From positions 1 to 64,000 of the IMG/VR virus record IMGVR_UViG_3300044730_000851: a DNA stretch of 64,000 nt, one strand, 5' to 3'. Under the pieces are notes generated by a model, which was not told where the DNA came from, searched no databases, and saw only the letters and a list, made by a program, of their open reading frames with translations. This document shows, in pieces, positions 27,424-36,743 of this stretch (positions within the stretch are counted from its first letter, which is position 1; each line of letters starts with the position of its first letter). The stretch is from a virus. The translations under genes were made by a program, and so were the position numbers.

Positions 27424-27716
27424 CAGACGACCTCAATCTTCCCGTAACGGATGATGAAGTCCCGGAAAGCCTCCGGGTCCGCCATCTGTTCGGCGATGTT
27501 GACGTCGGACGCAGATGACAAGACCATGACCGGGTAGACGCCGGTCTCTGCCATCTTGGCCTGCACCCAGCGGACATGACGGCAGTTGCGTCGCGACTTG
27601 AAGGTCGGGCAGTTGCAGCGGACCGCGGCGCCGTCGGTGGTCATCTCGACCTCAAAGATCCCGGCGCCCTTGGGGCTCAGGAAGATCTGCACGACCCGCC
27701 ATTCGCTCTTGGCCAT
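27423..27716 (-). CDS. SWIM zinc-finger protein
   Basis: CNCP...CRH. Confidence 0.8.
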   Translation of the reverse strand: MAKSEWRVVQIFLSPKGAGIFEVEMTTDGAAVRCNCPTFKSRRNCRHVRWVQAKMAETGVYPVMVLSSASDVNIAEQMADPEAFRDFIIRYGKIEVV

Positions 27717-27727
27717 TTCCGCCCCTC

Positions 27728-28318
27728 TCATCCGGACGTCTCCATGATCGCAAGTCGATGGAACATCTCACGGGCCAAGTCCGCACTGAACATCTCGGTG
27801 GGTTGGAAGTGTGCGGCCACCAGAGTCGGTAACCCGTCCTCGAAGCGTCTTGTGAGTAGCGAGCGGACGGTAGCCTTGCTCCAGTCCGTAGTCTGATTTG
27901 ACGGTCCGAGATCGGAGAGCACCAGCACCGAGCGCTCGCGCACGTTGGGCCGATCACGCGTCGTCTTGGGGGCGTCCTCGTCGCGGGGCCTGGACCAGTC
28001 CAGGTAGTCGTCAGCGTTCAGGTACAAGCCGGTGGTTCCCTCCTCCTCGGTGCGGATGAGAACCTCCTGCAGAACGGCGCTGAGGAGCGCCTGAGCCCGG
28101 GGGCCTGTCGCCCAGAGGCCAACACCACAGGTCTCGAACTTCCCGGCGGCGGCGATCACGTTCCCGGACGAGGCCTCGTCTAGCCAGCCGTTGACGGATC
28201 GCTCGGAGAACCGCAGGTCCTTGAAGTGGGGACTCTCCAGGGTCAGGCCCTGATACTTGGCGGGAATCCTGGCCGATCGGAGCCGTGACCGCAGTTGCGG
28301 CCGATGCTGTTCAAACAC
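27728..28318 (-). CDS. DnaC/IstB-like helicase loader, Walker motifs degenerate
   Basis: ARIPAKY, GLWATGPRAQ in place of GxxGxGKT, VLVLSDLG, RRFEDGLPTLV; follows the initiator gene. Confidence 0.65.
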   Translation of the reverse strand: MFEQHRPQLRSRLRSARIPAKYQGLTLESPHFKDLRFSERSVNGWLDEASSGNVIAAAGKFETCGVGLWATGPRAQALLSAVLQEVLIRTEEEGTTGLYLNADDYLDWSRPRDEDAPKTTRDRPNVRERSVLVLSDLGPSNQTTDWSKATVRSLLTRRFEDGLPTLVAAHFQPTEMFSADLAREMFHRLAIMETSG

Positions 28319-29144
28319 GTTTACCCCATCCGGGCTTGTTGGCGAATTCGTCTTCGAGTTCTTGCAGGAGGTCATCCCCGATCAGGGAGGCCCGGTAGTT
28401 CGACACGGCGTGCATGAAGTGGCCGACAAGACTCTTGCTTTCGGGGGCCCTGGGGGGCTTCTGGAAGAAGAGATCCATGGCCGCCAGCATGTCCGCGACG
28501 TTGGTGCCCTGTTCCCGCTGTGCGTCACGCAGGGCGTGCCTGAGGGCCTTTCCGTCGGGGTACATCGGCAGGGCGTGCCAGGTCTGGGCCCGGTTGTGCT
28601 CATGGACTCGCATGACGAACTCTCTGGCTACGTGCTCAATCGTCCAGACCTCGCGGGGGTCCTCACGCCAACCGCGCATGGCGGACCTGTGGGTGCCACC
28701 ACGTCGGCGGGGTGCTGGGTCGGGTGTCGGTGTCAGTTTGCCGGGCGGGAGATCATCAGCCACAGGGAACCCCTTTACTTCGTACACCTCCAGAGGGGGT
28801 TCACCCCCCTGTATAGAAGTACCGTTAGGTACTTCTATGCAGTCATGACTACTAGTACTAGTAGTCATATAGACATCGGTAAAGTCCGGAGAAAGGCTCA
28901 CTGGTGAGCCTTCAAGGCTCACAGTTGACCTTTCAGGGCTCACCCACAGAATTTCGTAACGACCACGGCTAAGCCGCTCGATGAGGCCCTTATCCACCAG
29001 CGATTGAATGGTCCTCTTGGCGGTGGCGACACTGACCGACATCACTTGGGCCAACTCGGTCGGACCACAGCGACCTGAGACCTCTTTCAGGTAGGAGGCG
29101 GCCATGAACTCACTCGGAGTGAGGCCGTGATCCCAGATGCCCAT
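28311..29144 (-). CDS. Replication initiator (N-terminal wHTH)
   Basis: ELAQVMSVSVATAKRTIQSLVDKGLI; upstream of loader/helicase; internal repeat array. Confidence 0.7.
   Translation of the reverse strand: MGIWDHGLTPSEFMAASYLKEVSGRCGPTELAQVMSVSVATAKRTIQSLVDKGLIERLSRGRYEILWVSPERSTVSLEGSPVSLSPDFTDVYMTTSTSSHDCIEVPNGTSIQGGEPPLEVYEVKGFPVADDLPPGKLTPTPDPAPRRRGGTHRSAMRGWREDPREVWTIEHVAREFVMRVHEHNRAQTWHALPMYPDGKALRHALRDAQREQGTNVADMLAAMDLFFQKPPRAPESKSLVGHFMHAVSNYRASLIGDDLLQELEDEFANKPGWGKRV
28792..28944. repeat. Probable replication origin: iteron-like GGCTCAC repeats plus stacked palindromes
   Basis: AAGGCTCAC-tg-GTGAGCCTT (28893-28912), AAGGCTCAC (28914-28922), GGGCTCAC (~28936); perfect 24-bp palindrome 28845-28868; 11-bp IR 28813-28838. 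Confidence 0.65.
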
Positions 29145-29176
29145 GGATGTCCCGTCTACGCGACTGCGCGTGCATA

Positions 29177-29665
29177 CTACGCCCTGGGCGGTCGCGAGCG
29201 AAACTTGGAGCGCCTGGTCGGCGCGTCGAACTCCTCGCGGAGGCTCTGCAGGACGTCGGTAGTAACGCGTCGCGTTATTAAATCGACCAGGTCCTCCAGG
29301 TCCACGTTCTTGTCCAGGACGACCTCGATGTAATCATCATCTGGATCCAGGACTGTGACACCAGACCTGTTGAGGACACGAAGTCGGTCGTAGGCCTCCT
29401 GGGACTCGTCCCACGATAGAAGGGCAACGTCGCCGGGCATGGCCCGAGACAGTACGTACTCCTCGGGATCCTTGGCGATGACGAGGTCGCCTATCGAGTC
29501 CAAAACGTCCTCATCCACCGACGTCTCAGCCTGCGTGACGAGCGTGATCGCGCTGCTGTCGGTAAGAAGATTGACAGCGGTGTGAGCGGACTCCACGACG
29601 TACACGCGCCCGTACTCGTCGTTGTCGAAATCGTCTTCGGGGGCGGAAAAGATGTGGAGGTTCAT
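29177..29665 (-). CDS. hypothetical acidic protein
   Basis: 162 aa ORF in operon. Confidence 0.75.
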   Translation of the reverse strand: MNLHIFSAPEDDFDNDEYGRVYVVESAHTAVNLLTDSSAITLVTQAETSVDEDVLDSIGDLVIAKDPEEYVLSRAMPGDVALLSWDESQEAYDRLRVLNRSGVTVLDPDDDYIEVVLDKNVDLEDLVDLITRRVTTDVLQSLREEFDAPTRRSKFRSRPPRA

Positions 29666-29666
29666 G

Positions 29667-29927
29667 TCACCGCCGACGCGTGGGCTCGTTCAATTTGGCC
29701 ACGATCTGCAACAGGAACATGGCCACGAAGGACGCCGCTAGGGTCTCGGCAACAACGACAGTGAGGGCGTGCTGGTGCCCCAGGAGCAGCAGCGCCACCA
29801 GCGACGAAACGACCGCGATGACGGCCCGTACCAGGCCGAGATCGACGAAGTAGTCGACCGCTGAGATGATGAATGCAGCAACGAGACCGGCAGCAAAAAT
29901 CGCGATGAGGTAATCCATACGGGTCAT
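29667..29927 (-). CDS. small membrane protein (about 3 TM; possible holin)
   Basis: Hydrophobic segments and basic C-terminus (PTRRR). Confidence 0.6.
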   Translation of the reverse strand: MTRMDYLIAIFAAGLVAAFIISAVDYFVDLGLVRAVIAVVSSLVALLLLGHQHALTVVVAETLAASFVAMFLLQIVAKLNEPTRRR

Positions 29928-30007
29928 TCTTGGTGACGTGGCGGCCTCTGTACGCCCATAGTTTGCGCGACTTCAACTACGAGAGCAGATACCTATGGGT
30001 GGGTGTG

Positions 30008-32041
30008 CTAGTTCCCATAGGGGACGTACTGTGACGTTCCCGGCACTTCATCGGACCAGAGCAACACTCGGGCCCTCACGTCCAAGGGCAGGTAGAAACT
30101 CAGGGTCTGACGCAGGCGGCTCAACTTCGACAGCCGGTTTGGGTACAGAGCCGAGTAGACGTGTGTTCCCTCCTCAACAGCCACCGCATCCTCATCTCCT
30201 GAGTCCGCGGTCGTGACATCGAAGTAGTACTGCTCTCGGTCCGTACGCTCCAGAATGACGTTGTCGATTGACGTCTCACCCTCGCCCGCGATTGTCACCC
30301 GAAGGGTTGCGGCGTTCTGTGGCGTCAGGAAGCGGGCCTGCACGCGCTCCCAGTCGCCGGAGCCGGTGTTGGACTGCGGAATGCCGACCTCAAGGATCGC
30401 CAGAGCGTCTTCAGAGGGAACTGGCAACTCGATACGCGCACCCGTGCCATCGAAAAATGACACGTAGAGTGCGGCGGGTTCGCTCGACCTGATTTGGGCT
30501 GAGACGGTCAGAACCGAGTCAGCCAGCGCAGGAATAGATTCCGACTGCACGACAAAGGACTGTCCTGACGCCCGCAAACCCGACAGTCCGTTGTAGGCGC
30601 TTGCCTCATTGAGCGCAATGCTGCCGGTCGTGGCTGTCCACTGGTTCACACCGCCGAGTCCGGGAACAGTCAGCAGATTGACTCTGGTGGGATGACAGAG
30701 AACGTCTACGGTCCGGGGATCTCTGTAGTACGAGTCAGACGTGGCGACCTGAATCTTGTCGAGGTACACGACCTTTCCGACACCACCGCTCACCAACACG
30801 GACAGCGCCAGGAATGCCGCACCCGCAGGTGCCTGGAAACTAGAGGTCCGACGACTCCAGTTGGTTCCGATGTTTGCTGATGCGCTGAGTTGAAGCCCCT
30901 GTACAGGCGCTCCCGTGGTGTCGAACCACTGAACTCCAATCCTCCCGGTCGTTCCAGACTGGGCGGCCTTCCAGTACATCGAGACGTGAACGTCTTCACT
31001 GGACGGTACGCAGTAGAGCCGAACCTGCGATCGCTGTGACGAGGACTCAGTTACCTGGTACGTACTACCCGGCAGACTCATGGTCGCGCTTGATGCAGTG
31101 AGTTCCAGACGACCCACGAACCCGTGCGCGAAACGGTCCAACTCCAGATCGTGCTCGCTATCAGGGACGTCGGCCTCGTCGCCGTCCAGTGATGCGGCCA
31201 GGGTCCCGCCGGAAACGTCCCAGAACCCAGTTCCCCCCTCAAAGGACGCATCCTGAAGCGACAGCAGGCGATTAGGACTGACCTCCACCGAGGTACTCCA
31301 CCCGGTCAGGGCCTCGGCGTATGTGATCAGACCCTCAAGCGTCCCCTTTTTGCGGTAGATGGGACCGGCATCACGGAACAGTCGGGACGTCGTACCCAGG
31401 CCAAGTGTGATTTCGACGGGCATGCCAACAGATCGACAGTGCGCATCATGCAGTCCCGCAAGAGTGGCTCGCGAGCGAGCGGCTGTAGGCAGCACCCGAT
31501 CGGTGAGGGTTTGGAGTTCGTCGAGGGTAACGGCCAACCCGTACAGGAATCGATACAGGTCGCTGGTCCTGCTGGGTTCATCCGTTGGGCTCATTGTGTC
31601 GGTCGTGAATACCCCAGGTAGCGTGTAGAGCATCGTCTCGACGGTCCCCCTATCTCGCGGGGCGACAACGTACGTGGCTGCGTCTTTGAGCCACCGACCG
31701 TTCTCGTCAAAGATGAAGAAGGTGTAATAGACGGGACCGCTAGGTACCGGGACGTCGTTGATCTGAGCGCCGTCTGCCAGGTTTGTCTCACCGTCAAGTA
31801 CGACTGTCTCGGGGGATTCAATGACGCCAGCAGCAATGGTGACGCCAGAAGAGGGTTCCTCGGCCGCACCTGTCTTGGTTCGTACCAACGCAAACTGCGT
31901 CCCGATACGGGACTCCGCGTAGATCTTGACGCGCACCAGTCCGTAGTCGATGGCCTGGGCGAGGAGGGAACCGGTGGCAGTCCCCCGCTGTACACGACCG
32001 TACAGTTCGGTTCCGTAGACGAATGTTCCAAAGCGTGCCAT
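30008..32041 (-). CDS. Baseplate wedge/tail protein (P2 gpI-like domain + carbohydrate-binding-like domains)
   Basis: LYRFL...IYRKKGTLEGL...LTGW, followed by two jelly-roll-like repeats (SFEGGTGFW...W.R). Confidence 0.7.
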   Translation of the reverse strand: MARFGTFVYGTELYGRVQRGTATGSLLAQAIDYGLVRVKIYAESRIGTQFALVRTKTGAAEEPSSGVTIAAGVIESPETVVLDGETNLADGAQINDVPVPSGPVYYTFFIFDENGRWLKDAATYVVAPRDRGTVETMLYTLPGVFTTDTMSPTDEPSRTSDLYRFLYGLAVTLDELQTLTDRVLPTAARSRATLAGLHDAHCRSVGMPVEITLGLGTTSRLFRDAGPIYRKKGTLEGLITYAEALTGWSTSVEVSPNRLLSLQDASFEGGTGFWDVSGGTLAASLDGDEADVPDSEHDLELDRFAHGFVGRLELTASSATMSLPGSTYQVTESSSQRSQVRLYCVPSSEDVHVSMYWKAAQSGTTGRIGVQWFDTTGAPVQGLQLSASANIGTNWSRRTSSFQAPAGAAFLALSVLVSGGVGKVVYLDKIQVATSDSYYRDPRTVDVLCHPTRVNLLTVPGLGGVNQWTATTGSIALNEASAYNGLSGLRASGQSFVVQSESIPALADSVLTVSAQIRSSEPAALYVSFFDGTGARIELPVPSEDALAILEVGIPQSNTGSGDWERVQARFLTPQNAATLRVTIAGEGETSIDNVILERTDREQYYFDVTTADSGDEDAVAVEEGTHVYSALYPNRLSKLSRLRQTLSFYLPLDVRARVLLWSDEVPGTSQYVPYGN

Positions 32042-32050
32042 CTACTGCTC

Positions 32051-32935
32051 CTAGACCTGTTCCAGCATGAAGTCGTCCACGGTGCTGCCCTGTCCCGAGC
32101 CAGACGGCGTGACGATGATTCCCGCTCTCTTGGTCGGTGAATCGACAGTCGCAGTCGTGCTGGCCACTGACTGCGTCTTGGCGGTGTTCGAGAACGCAGT
32201 GGCCGTGACCGTGTTACCGGACACTACCGCGCGCACTGCGGCAATAGCCGCTGACGCCTGAGCGCTGGCTACCGTTGTGACCGTCGTTGCCACTGACCTG
32301 AGGACTCGGATGAAGTTGGTCACCGTTGTGGTAGACCCGGTACACGTTTGGCAAGACTCGGAAGAGCATGTGTCGCAGACATCGTTGCCGCACAAGGATC
32401 GGCACACTTGGATGTACGTGGTGACATACTGCGAGCAGCACTCATCGCAGTACTCATCGCAAGCATCAGTGTTGGTTACTCCTGGAGGGCACACTCGGTA
32501 ACAACATGATGCGTAGGCCACGCAGATGAACTCAGGACTTAGGTAGCAGTCACAACCGTACGTGACATACCGGCAGTTGCAGGAAAAGTAGTTGGTGGTG
32601 CAGTTGCAGGAGAACGTAAACGACGTGGTCGTGCTGGTTTGCTGGGATGTGACTGCCCACCAGTTACTGCTGTCAGTCACCCAAAAGGCCACGCCCGCGC
32701 CATTGCTGACCGAGGCACTTAGCGACACAGCAGTGTTGCGCGTGTCAACGACCGCCATTGGGTACAACGATGGGGCAGCGCTACTGGAAGCCGCATTTGA
32801 GACAACATCGAACTGAGCAGATCCGAGTGCTCTCCAGGGATCGCCGAGCGTATTGGCATTGGAACGGTTGAAGAGGTCGGTGAAGGTCAGGAAACCGCGT
32901 CGCACCGCGTTGGCGACGGATGCAGTGGACAGCAT
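32051..32935 (-). CDS. Fibre-tip/adhesin-like protein with 20-Cys insertion
   Basis: TAATG-coupled to the fibre gene; FTDLFNRSN...VDDF beta-sandwich frame interrupted by a Cys-rich segment. Confidence 0.6.
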   Translation of the reverse strand: MLSTASVANAVRRGFLTFTDLFNRSNANTLGDPWRALGSAQFDVVSNAASSSAAPSLYPMAVVDTRNTAVSLSASVSNGAGVAFWVTDSSNWWAVTSQQTSTTTSFTFSCNCTTNYFSCNCRYVTYGCDCYLSPEFICVAYASCCYRVCPPGVTNTDACDEYCDECCSQYVTTYIQVCRSLCGNDVCDTCSSESCQTCTGSTTTVTNFIRVLRSVATTVTTVASAQASAAIAAVRAVVSGNTVTATAFSNTAKTQSVASTTATVDSPTKRAGIIVTPSGSGQGSTVDDFMLEQV

Positions 32936-33585
32936 TAGATTTCCGTCGTGTCCCCGAAGAGGACCCACTCGTCGGTTGACACTTTGATGAGTCCTGCCAC
33001 GGCATACTGAGCCCTTGTCTTTGCACCTGACGGTGCCCGCAGGATCACGCCACTTGCGCCAGCCACAGTGACCTGACCCGCGCCTGTCTGCACGATGTCC
33101 ACTCGCGTACCCACCGGAAGACTCAGTGAAGCGTTGGTGGGGAGGGTGATCGTGATCGCCGCTGCCGCCGCGCAGAGGACTGTTGTACCCGTCAACTCAG
33201 CGGCAAGCGTGAACGACGCTGTGCGGCTGGTAGTTGAGTTGGCTGGGTAGCGCCCACTGAATGACGCCGCAGTTACTGCGGCCGAGAAGGTGGCGCTGGT
33301 TCCTTCCAGCGCTCCCGTGAGAGTTCCTCCGGAGGTGTTGAACTTGGAGACGGCATGACTGGCAAGACCAGCCTCAATGTTGGTGAGCCGCGCAGTCAAG
33401 GTTAGGTGTGACGTCGGCTGGCCAAACGCCCCACTCCAGGTAGACACAAGGAGACCGGTGCCCAGAGCCCGCTCGACGGCGGTGACTTCGTCCTGGAGAA
33501 GGTTGACGTGGTCTGCGAGTACGGTGTCCACAAGGTCCGTCTTGGACGCGTAGACACGTACGGAGTTGGGGAACAGCGCTGGCAT
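32935..33585 (-). CDS. Short tail fibre protein
   Basis: ADHVNLLQDEVTAVE N-terminal anchor, SGGTLTGAL, C-terminal domain shared with the 1225-aa fibre. Confidence 0.7.
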   Translation of the reverse strand: MPALFPNSVRVYASKTDLVDTVLADHVNLLQDEVTAVERALGTGLLVSTWSGAFGQPTSHLTLTARLTNIEAGLASHAVSKFNTSGGTLTGALEGTSATFSAAVTAASFSGRYPANSTTSRTASFTLAAELTGTTVLCAAAAAITITLPTNASLSLPVGTRVDIVQTGAGQVTVAGASGVILRAPSGAKTRAQYAVAGLIKVSTDEWVLFGDTTEI

Positions 33586-33602
33586 GAAGACCTCCTCGAC
33601 CT

Positions 33603-33631
33603 ATTGTCTGGGGCTCAGGAGTCCGCGTCAG
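33603..33631 (-). promoter_or_regulatory. Putative phage-class promoter CTGACG-N17-GACAAT
   Basis: Upstream of the fibre gene RBS GAGGAGG. Confidence 0.45.
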
Positions 33632-33848
33632 CCGTAAAGGCGCCCTCCTGGAAAATCCACCCAGCGGCCAATTCAGGGGACTCGTCGGTGATCTCCACAA
33701 TGCTGCTGGCTACAAGGATCGACCCGAAGTCTTCGGATACCCATGCGGTGTCGGCTACCCGATCACCTATGACAAAGGCGAACCGGCGCGATAACAGTGG
33801 CACAGGTGCCGCTCGCGCCTGCTTGCGACGCTTCCTAAACAGCCTCAT
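33615..33848 (-). CDS. small protein, possible fibre assembly chaperone
   Basis: FAFV...GWIFQEGAF; similar layout to 34084..34323. Confidence 0.6.
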   Translation of the reverse strand: MRLFRKRRKQARAAPVPLLSRRFAFVIGDRVADTAWVSEDFGSILVASSIVEITDESPELAAGWIFQEGAFTADADS

Positions 33849-34059
33849 CGGTTCCCCACTTACCTATGGGGCATGCGGCGTTCGGCAAAGTCGTCTTGGC
33901 TGGCATGAAGCACCCACACTTCTTGCAGGTTTTGATTTGATGCTGGAAGTGTGGGCAGGACAGGCACTGAGCCATACGTCCATCTTTGACTTCTCGGGAG
34001 ACCTTACCAACGTGTGGGTTCAGAAGATCCCAAGGCCTAGCGGGCTTGAGGGGTTCCAT
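33835..34059 (-). CDS. small Cys-rich protein (DUF6171-like)
   Basis: R...CLSCPHF...CKKCGCFM.AKT.L..A.CPIGKW. Confidence 0.75.
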   Translation of the reverse strand: MEPLKPARPWDLLNPHVGKVSREVKDGRMAQCLSCPHFQHQIKTCKKCGCFMPAKTTLPNAACPIGKWGTDEAV

Positions 34060-34083
34060 TTGCTGTCGCCATCTTTTGAGGGT

Positions 34084-34323
34084 CTACTCCGCCGCGGGAG
34101 GTGTGAATCCGTCTCCGTCGTAGGTGCTGCCCTTGGGAATAATCACGGTGTTGGAGATCTGGACGAACGTCGGATTGCTGGCGAACACGGCGGCAGTGCC
34201 TGCGTCCACATTGAATCGTTGTACAGCGACACCCTCCACCACGGCCATGAATGCGTAGGGAGGAACATTTTCGGTGGTCTGGGTGGTGTCGAGATCGGGG
34301 ATCTCGGGCATGTCAGCGGACAC
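34084..34323 (-). CDS. small protein, possible fibre assembly chaperone
   Basis: AAGGAGG RBS; ends GSTYDGDGFTPP. Confidence 0.65.
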   Translation of the reverse strand: MSADMPEIPDLDTTQTTENVPPYAFMAVVEGVAVQRFNVDAGTAAVFASNPTFVQISNTVIIPKGSTYDGDGFTPPAAE

Positions 34324-34358
34324 GCGTCCTCCTTGTGGCCGATAGAAGTGCTGTCACG

Positions 34359-34387
34359 ATCGTCTCAAGTTCGGGGTTCGTAGTCAG
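34359..34387 (-). promoter_or_regulatory. Putative phage-class promoter CTGACT-N17-GACGAT
   Basis: Intergenic, same geometry as the other CTGAC sites. Confidence 0.45.
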
Positions 34388-34399
34388 CGCAAACGGTGT

Positions 34400-34768
34400 C
34401 TAGTGGGAGTGGCCGACGTTCGCCTTTCCGGACTGCAGCGCCGCGACCGCTACCTGAAGGGCCTGGATGGCCGCTTCGGCAGACTTGAGCCGGAAGAGGA
34501 GGTCTTTGGGGGATCCGAGGTCTGTGTTGCCTTCTCGGTACGTGCCTGTAGTCGATATCTTGCCCAGCCATACAGGGAAGTCCGTATCTCCGGACTCATA
34601 TGTGATCCAGACCTGCTCCCCGGGCTTCGGGAGCACCAGATAGCCGCACGGAACGACCGGCCAGCACCAACCGGTTACGGCCTTCCCGGTCTTGGTGGGA
34701 ATTCTTACCCGGAGCCGTCCCAACTTGTCTGGGTCGCGGTTGTCGTGGACGATGGCCCGCTCCAGCAT
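34400..34768 (-). CDS. Baseplate spike (gpV/gp5 OB-fold)
   Basis: DPDKLGRLRVRIP...W...PKPGEQVW..YESGD..FPVWLG; C-terminal HSH metal tip. Confidence 0.85.
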   Translation of the reverse strand: MLERAIVHDNRDPDKLGRLRVRIPTKTGKAVTGWCWPVVPCGYLVLPKPGEQVWITYESGDTDFPVWLGKISTTGTYREGNTDLGSPKDLLFRLKSAEAAIQALQVAVAALQSGKANVGHSH

Positions 34769-36327
34769 TACGAGACGCCGCCCGTCAGGTTGATCACCAG
34801 GTTGCTGTCCGAGACCACCAAGATCTCGTCCTCCGCGGCCACTACGACGCTGACCTCTCCCGTGGCGGCTTGGATGGTGGTCAGCCTGGTCACCTGGACA
34901 TCCGAGGCAACCGAACCCAGGGAGGAGATCAGGCTGACCAGGTCCGAGGGGTAGACGCTGGCACCGAACGGGACCCGGTCGTAGGCCATTCGGGACAGGA
35001 TTGTCTGCCGGATGAGGATATTAGCGTCCGACCGTCGAACGCTGTCCTCGACGACGACATCAAGGCTGATGTATGTGTCGACGTACACGGGAGGTACGAC
35101 GGAGATCTGCGCACCCGCCAGCGATACCGACTCCAGTGCAGACTGCACAGAAGTCTGTAGGTACGTCAGTTCAGTGGTAGCGGTCCAGTCCGTGCCTTCG
35201 AGCACGTACCCCGGCCTCAGTTCAATGTTGCCAAGTCCTCGGTAGGGTGCCACCGCCACCACAACAGTTGCCGGGGTCACCGACATCGCACTGGCCTTAC
35301 CGCACCCGGGAACCAGAAGTGCCGAGTTCTGGTAGTCCTCCAAGGTAACGGCGCGCGCCGTGGCTCGGTATGTGAGTGCTGCGTTGTTGCGGATCTGCTC
35401 GGTGGACTCTTGATCCGTGCCACCGTAGGCCGCTGTGTCGTTGAATACCGTCAGGCTTCCTGCCAGGACAGCGACCTCACTATCGAGCAGACCCGGAATG
35501 GCGTCGATTCTGTTGATCTTTCCTGATCGGATGTTCCCGAGTGTCCCGTCCGTACGCCGGTACCGCGCAGATAGAGAGTGCCCGAAGGCCGGGATGAGCC
35601 CACTGACGCCATCTCCAAGGCGGATCTGAACGGTACCGTCACCGACAGCCACCGGCTGAAAGACGCGCGCCTGCGGGCCGTGAAGTGCGAACTGATCGGT
35701 GCGGACCCACGGTATGTAATTGACGAGGTCATAGACGTAGACCTCTAGGGACTCCAGAACCAGGCGGTCGTCCTCAATGATGAATACCTGGCTGGGGGTA
35801 CCGTCGGAGGTTCCCAGGTGAAGGCCAAATCCGAATGTGCCGTCGTCGATGACTCCCTGAGTCGCCGTGACCGCAGCAATTTCCCCGGAGAGCACCTCGA
35901 CGTCGTCATCGGTTTCGAATGCGACTGTGATCAGGTTGTCACCGTCAAGGATGTCCCCACTAACGACAGTTCTCGCCGGAAGTTCGATGTCGACGTCCGA
36001 CTCATTGGAGAACGTCACGGTCACCGAACTGGACGTATACCCATCAGGAACGTAACCGAGGTCGCGCGCGAGGGCCACCACGCTGTCTCGACGCGTGGCG
36101 GTCGACAGCGTCGACTCGTTGGCCGCCCGGTCGATGTAATACGACAGAAGATCACCGAGGTACGCAAACTGCTCGACGAGTGCGACTCCAAAGTCAGCGG
36201 GGTCGTCGGCCGCCCAGTCAGGTATCTGCTGTTGCAGGCGCGCGATCAGATCGGTCCGGATGGACTCGTAGTCCCTGGATGTGTAGTCCACCTGAGGAGG
36301 GATAGATTCGGGGTAAGACGCGCTCAC
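34768..36327 (-). CDS. Baseplate wedge protein (gpJ/T4 gp6-like)
   Basis: DYTSRDYESIR, GDG..G.IP, GGTDQES...RAVTLEDY. Confidence 0.9.
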   Translation of the reverse strand: MSASYPESIPPQVDYTSRDYESIRTDLIARLQQQIPDWAADDPADFGVALVEQFAYLGDLLSYYIDRAANESTLSTATRRDSVVALARDLGYVPDGYTSSSVTVTFSNESDVDIELPARTVVSGDILDGDNLITVAFETDDDVEVLSGEIAAVTATQGVIDDGTFGFGLHLGTSDGTPSQVFIIEDDRLVLESLEVYVYDLVNYIPWVRTDQFALHGPQARVFQPVAVGDGTVQIRLGDGVSGLIPAFGHSLSARYRRTDGTLGNIRSGKINRIDAIPGLLDSEVAVLAGSLTVFNDTAAYGGTDQESTEQIRNNAALTYRATARAVTLEDYQNSALLVPGCGKASAMSVTPATVVVAVAPYRGLGNIELRPGYVLEGTDWTATTELTYLQTSVQSALESVSLAGAQISVVPPVYVDTYISLDVVVEDSVRRSDANILIRQTILSRMAYDRVPFGASVYPSDLVSLISSLGSVASDVQVTRLTTIQAATGEVSVVVAAEDEILVVSDSNLVINLTGGVS

Positions 36328-36707
36328 AGGTCCTCCCCGGGGATCTCCAGCACCAGAGTCTGCGGTGCACGGGCAGTCGAAACTCGCGTGTCGCGGTACG
36401 TGATCTCGATCTCGACGGTCCCGGACTCGGGGTCTTCCGTGAGAACGTCGAGCGCCTCGAAGGCTAGGCCGGGTAGTTCTTGGGCGAACGCGTTCACGGT
36501 GGCCGTCTCGATGTCATCGATCGCCTCATCGCAGGCATCGAAGAGTGTGGCCGCGATCGTTGTCCCGAAGGTCGGCCGCATTAAGCGCTCACCGAGCGAC
36601 GTCAGAAGCACTGAGCGTACGCGATTCTGGTTGATCCGGTCGAGGTCTGTGGTGGACGCCACTCGACCGTATCCGTCTATACGGAACGGGAGGCTAATCG
36701 CGCGCAT
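36324..36707 (-). CDS. Baseplate protein (gpW/T4 gp25-like)
   Basis: LLTSLGERLMRPTFG. Confidence 0.9.
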   Translation of the reverse strand: MRAISLPFRIDGYGRVASTTDLDRINQNRVRSVLLTSLGERLMRPTFGTTIAATLFDACDEAIDDIETATVNAFAQELPGLAFEALDVLTEDPESGTVEIEITYRDTRVSTARAPQTLVLEIPGEDL

Positions 36708-36743
36708 GGGGTCATTCTCCTGTGCTCGGGGGAGTGGGGAGGG

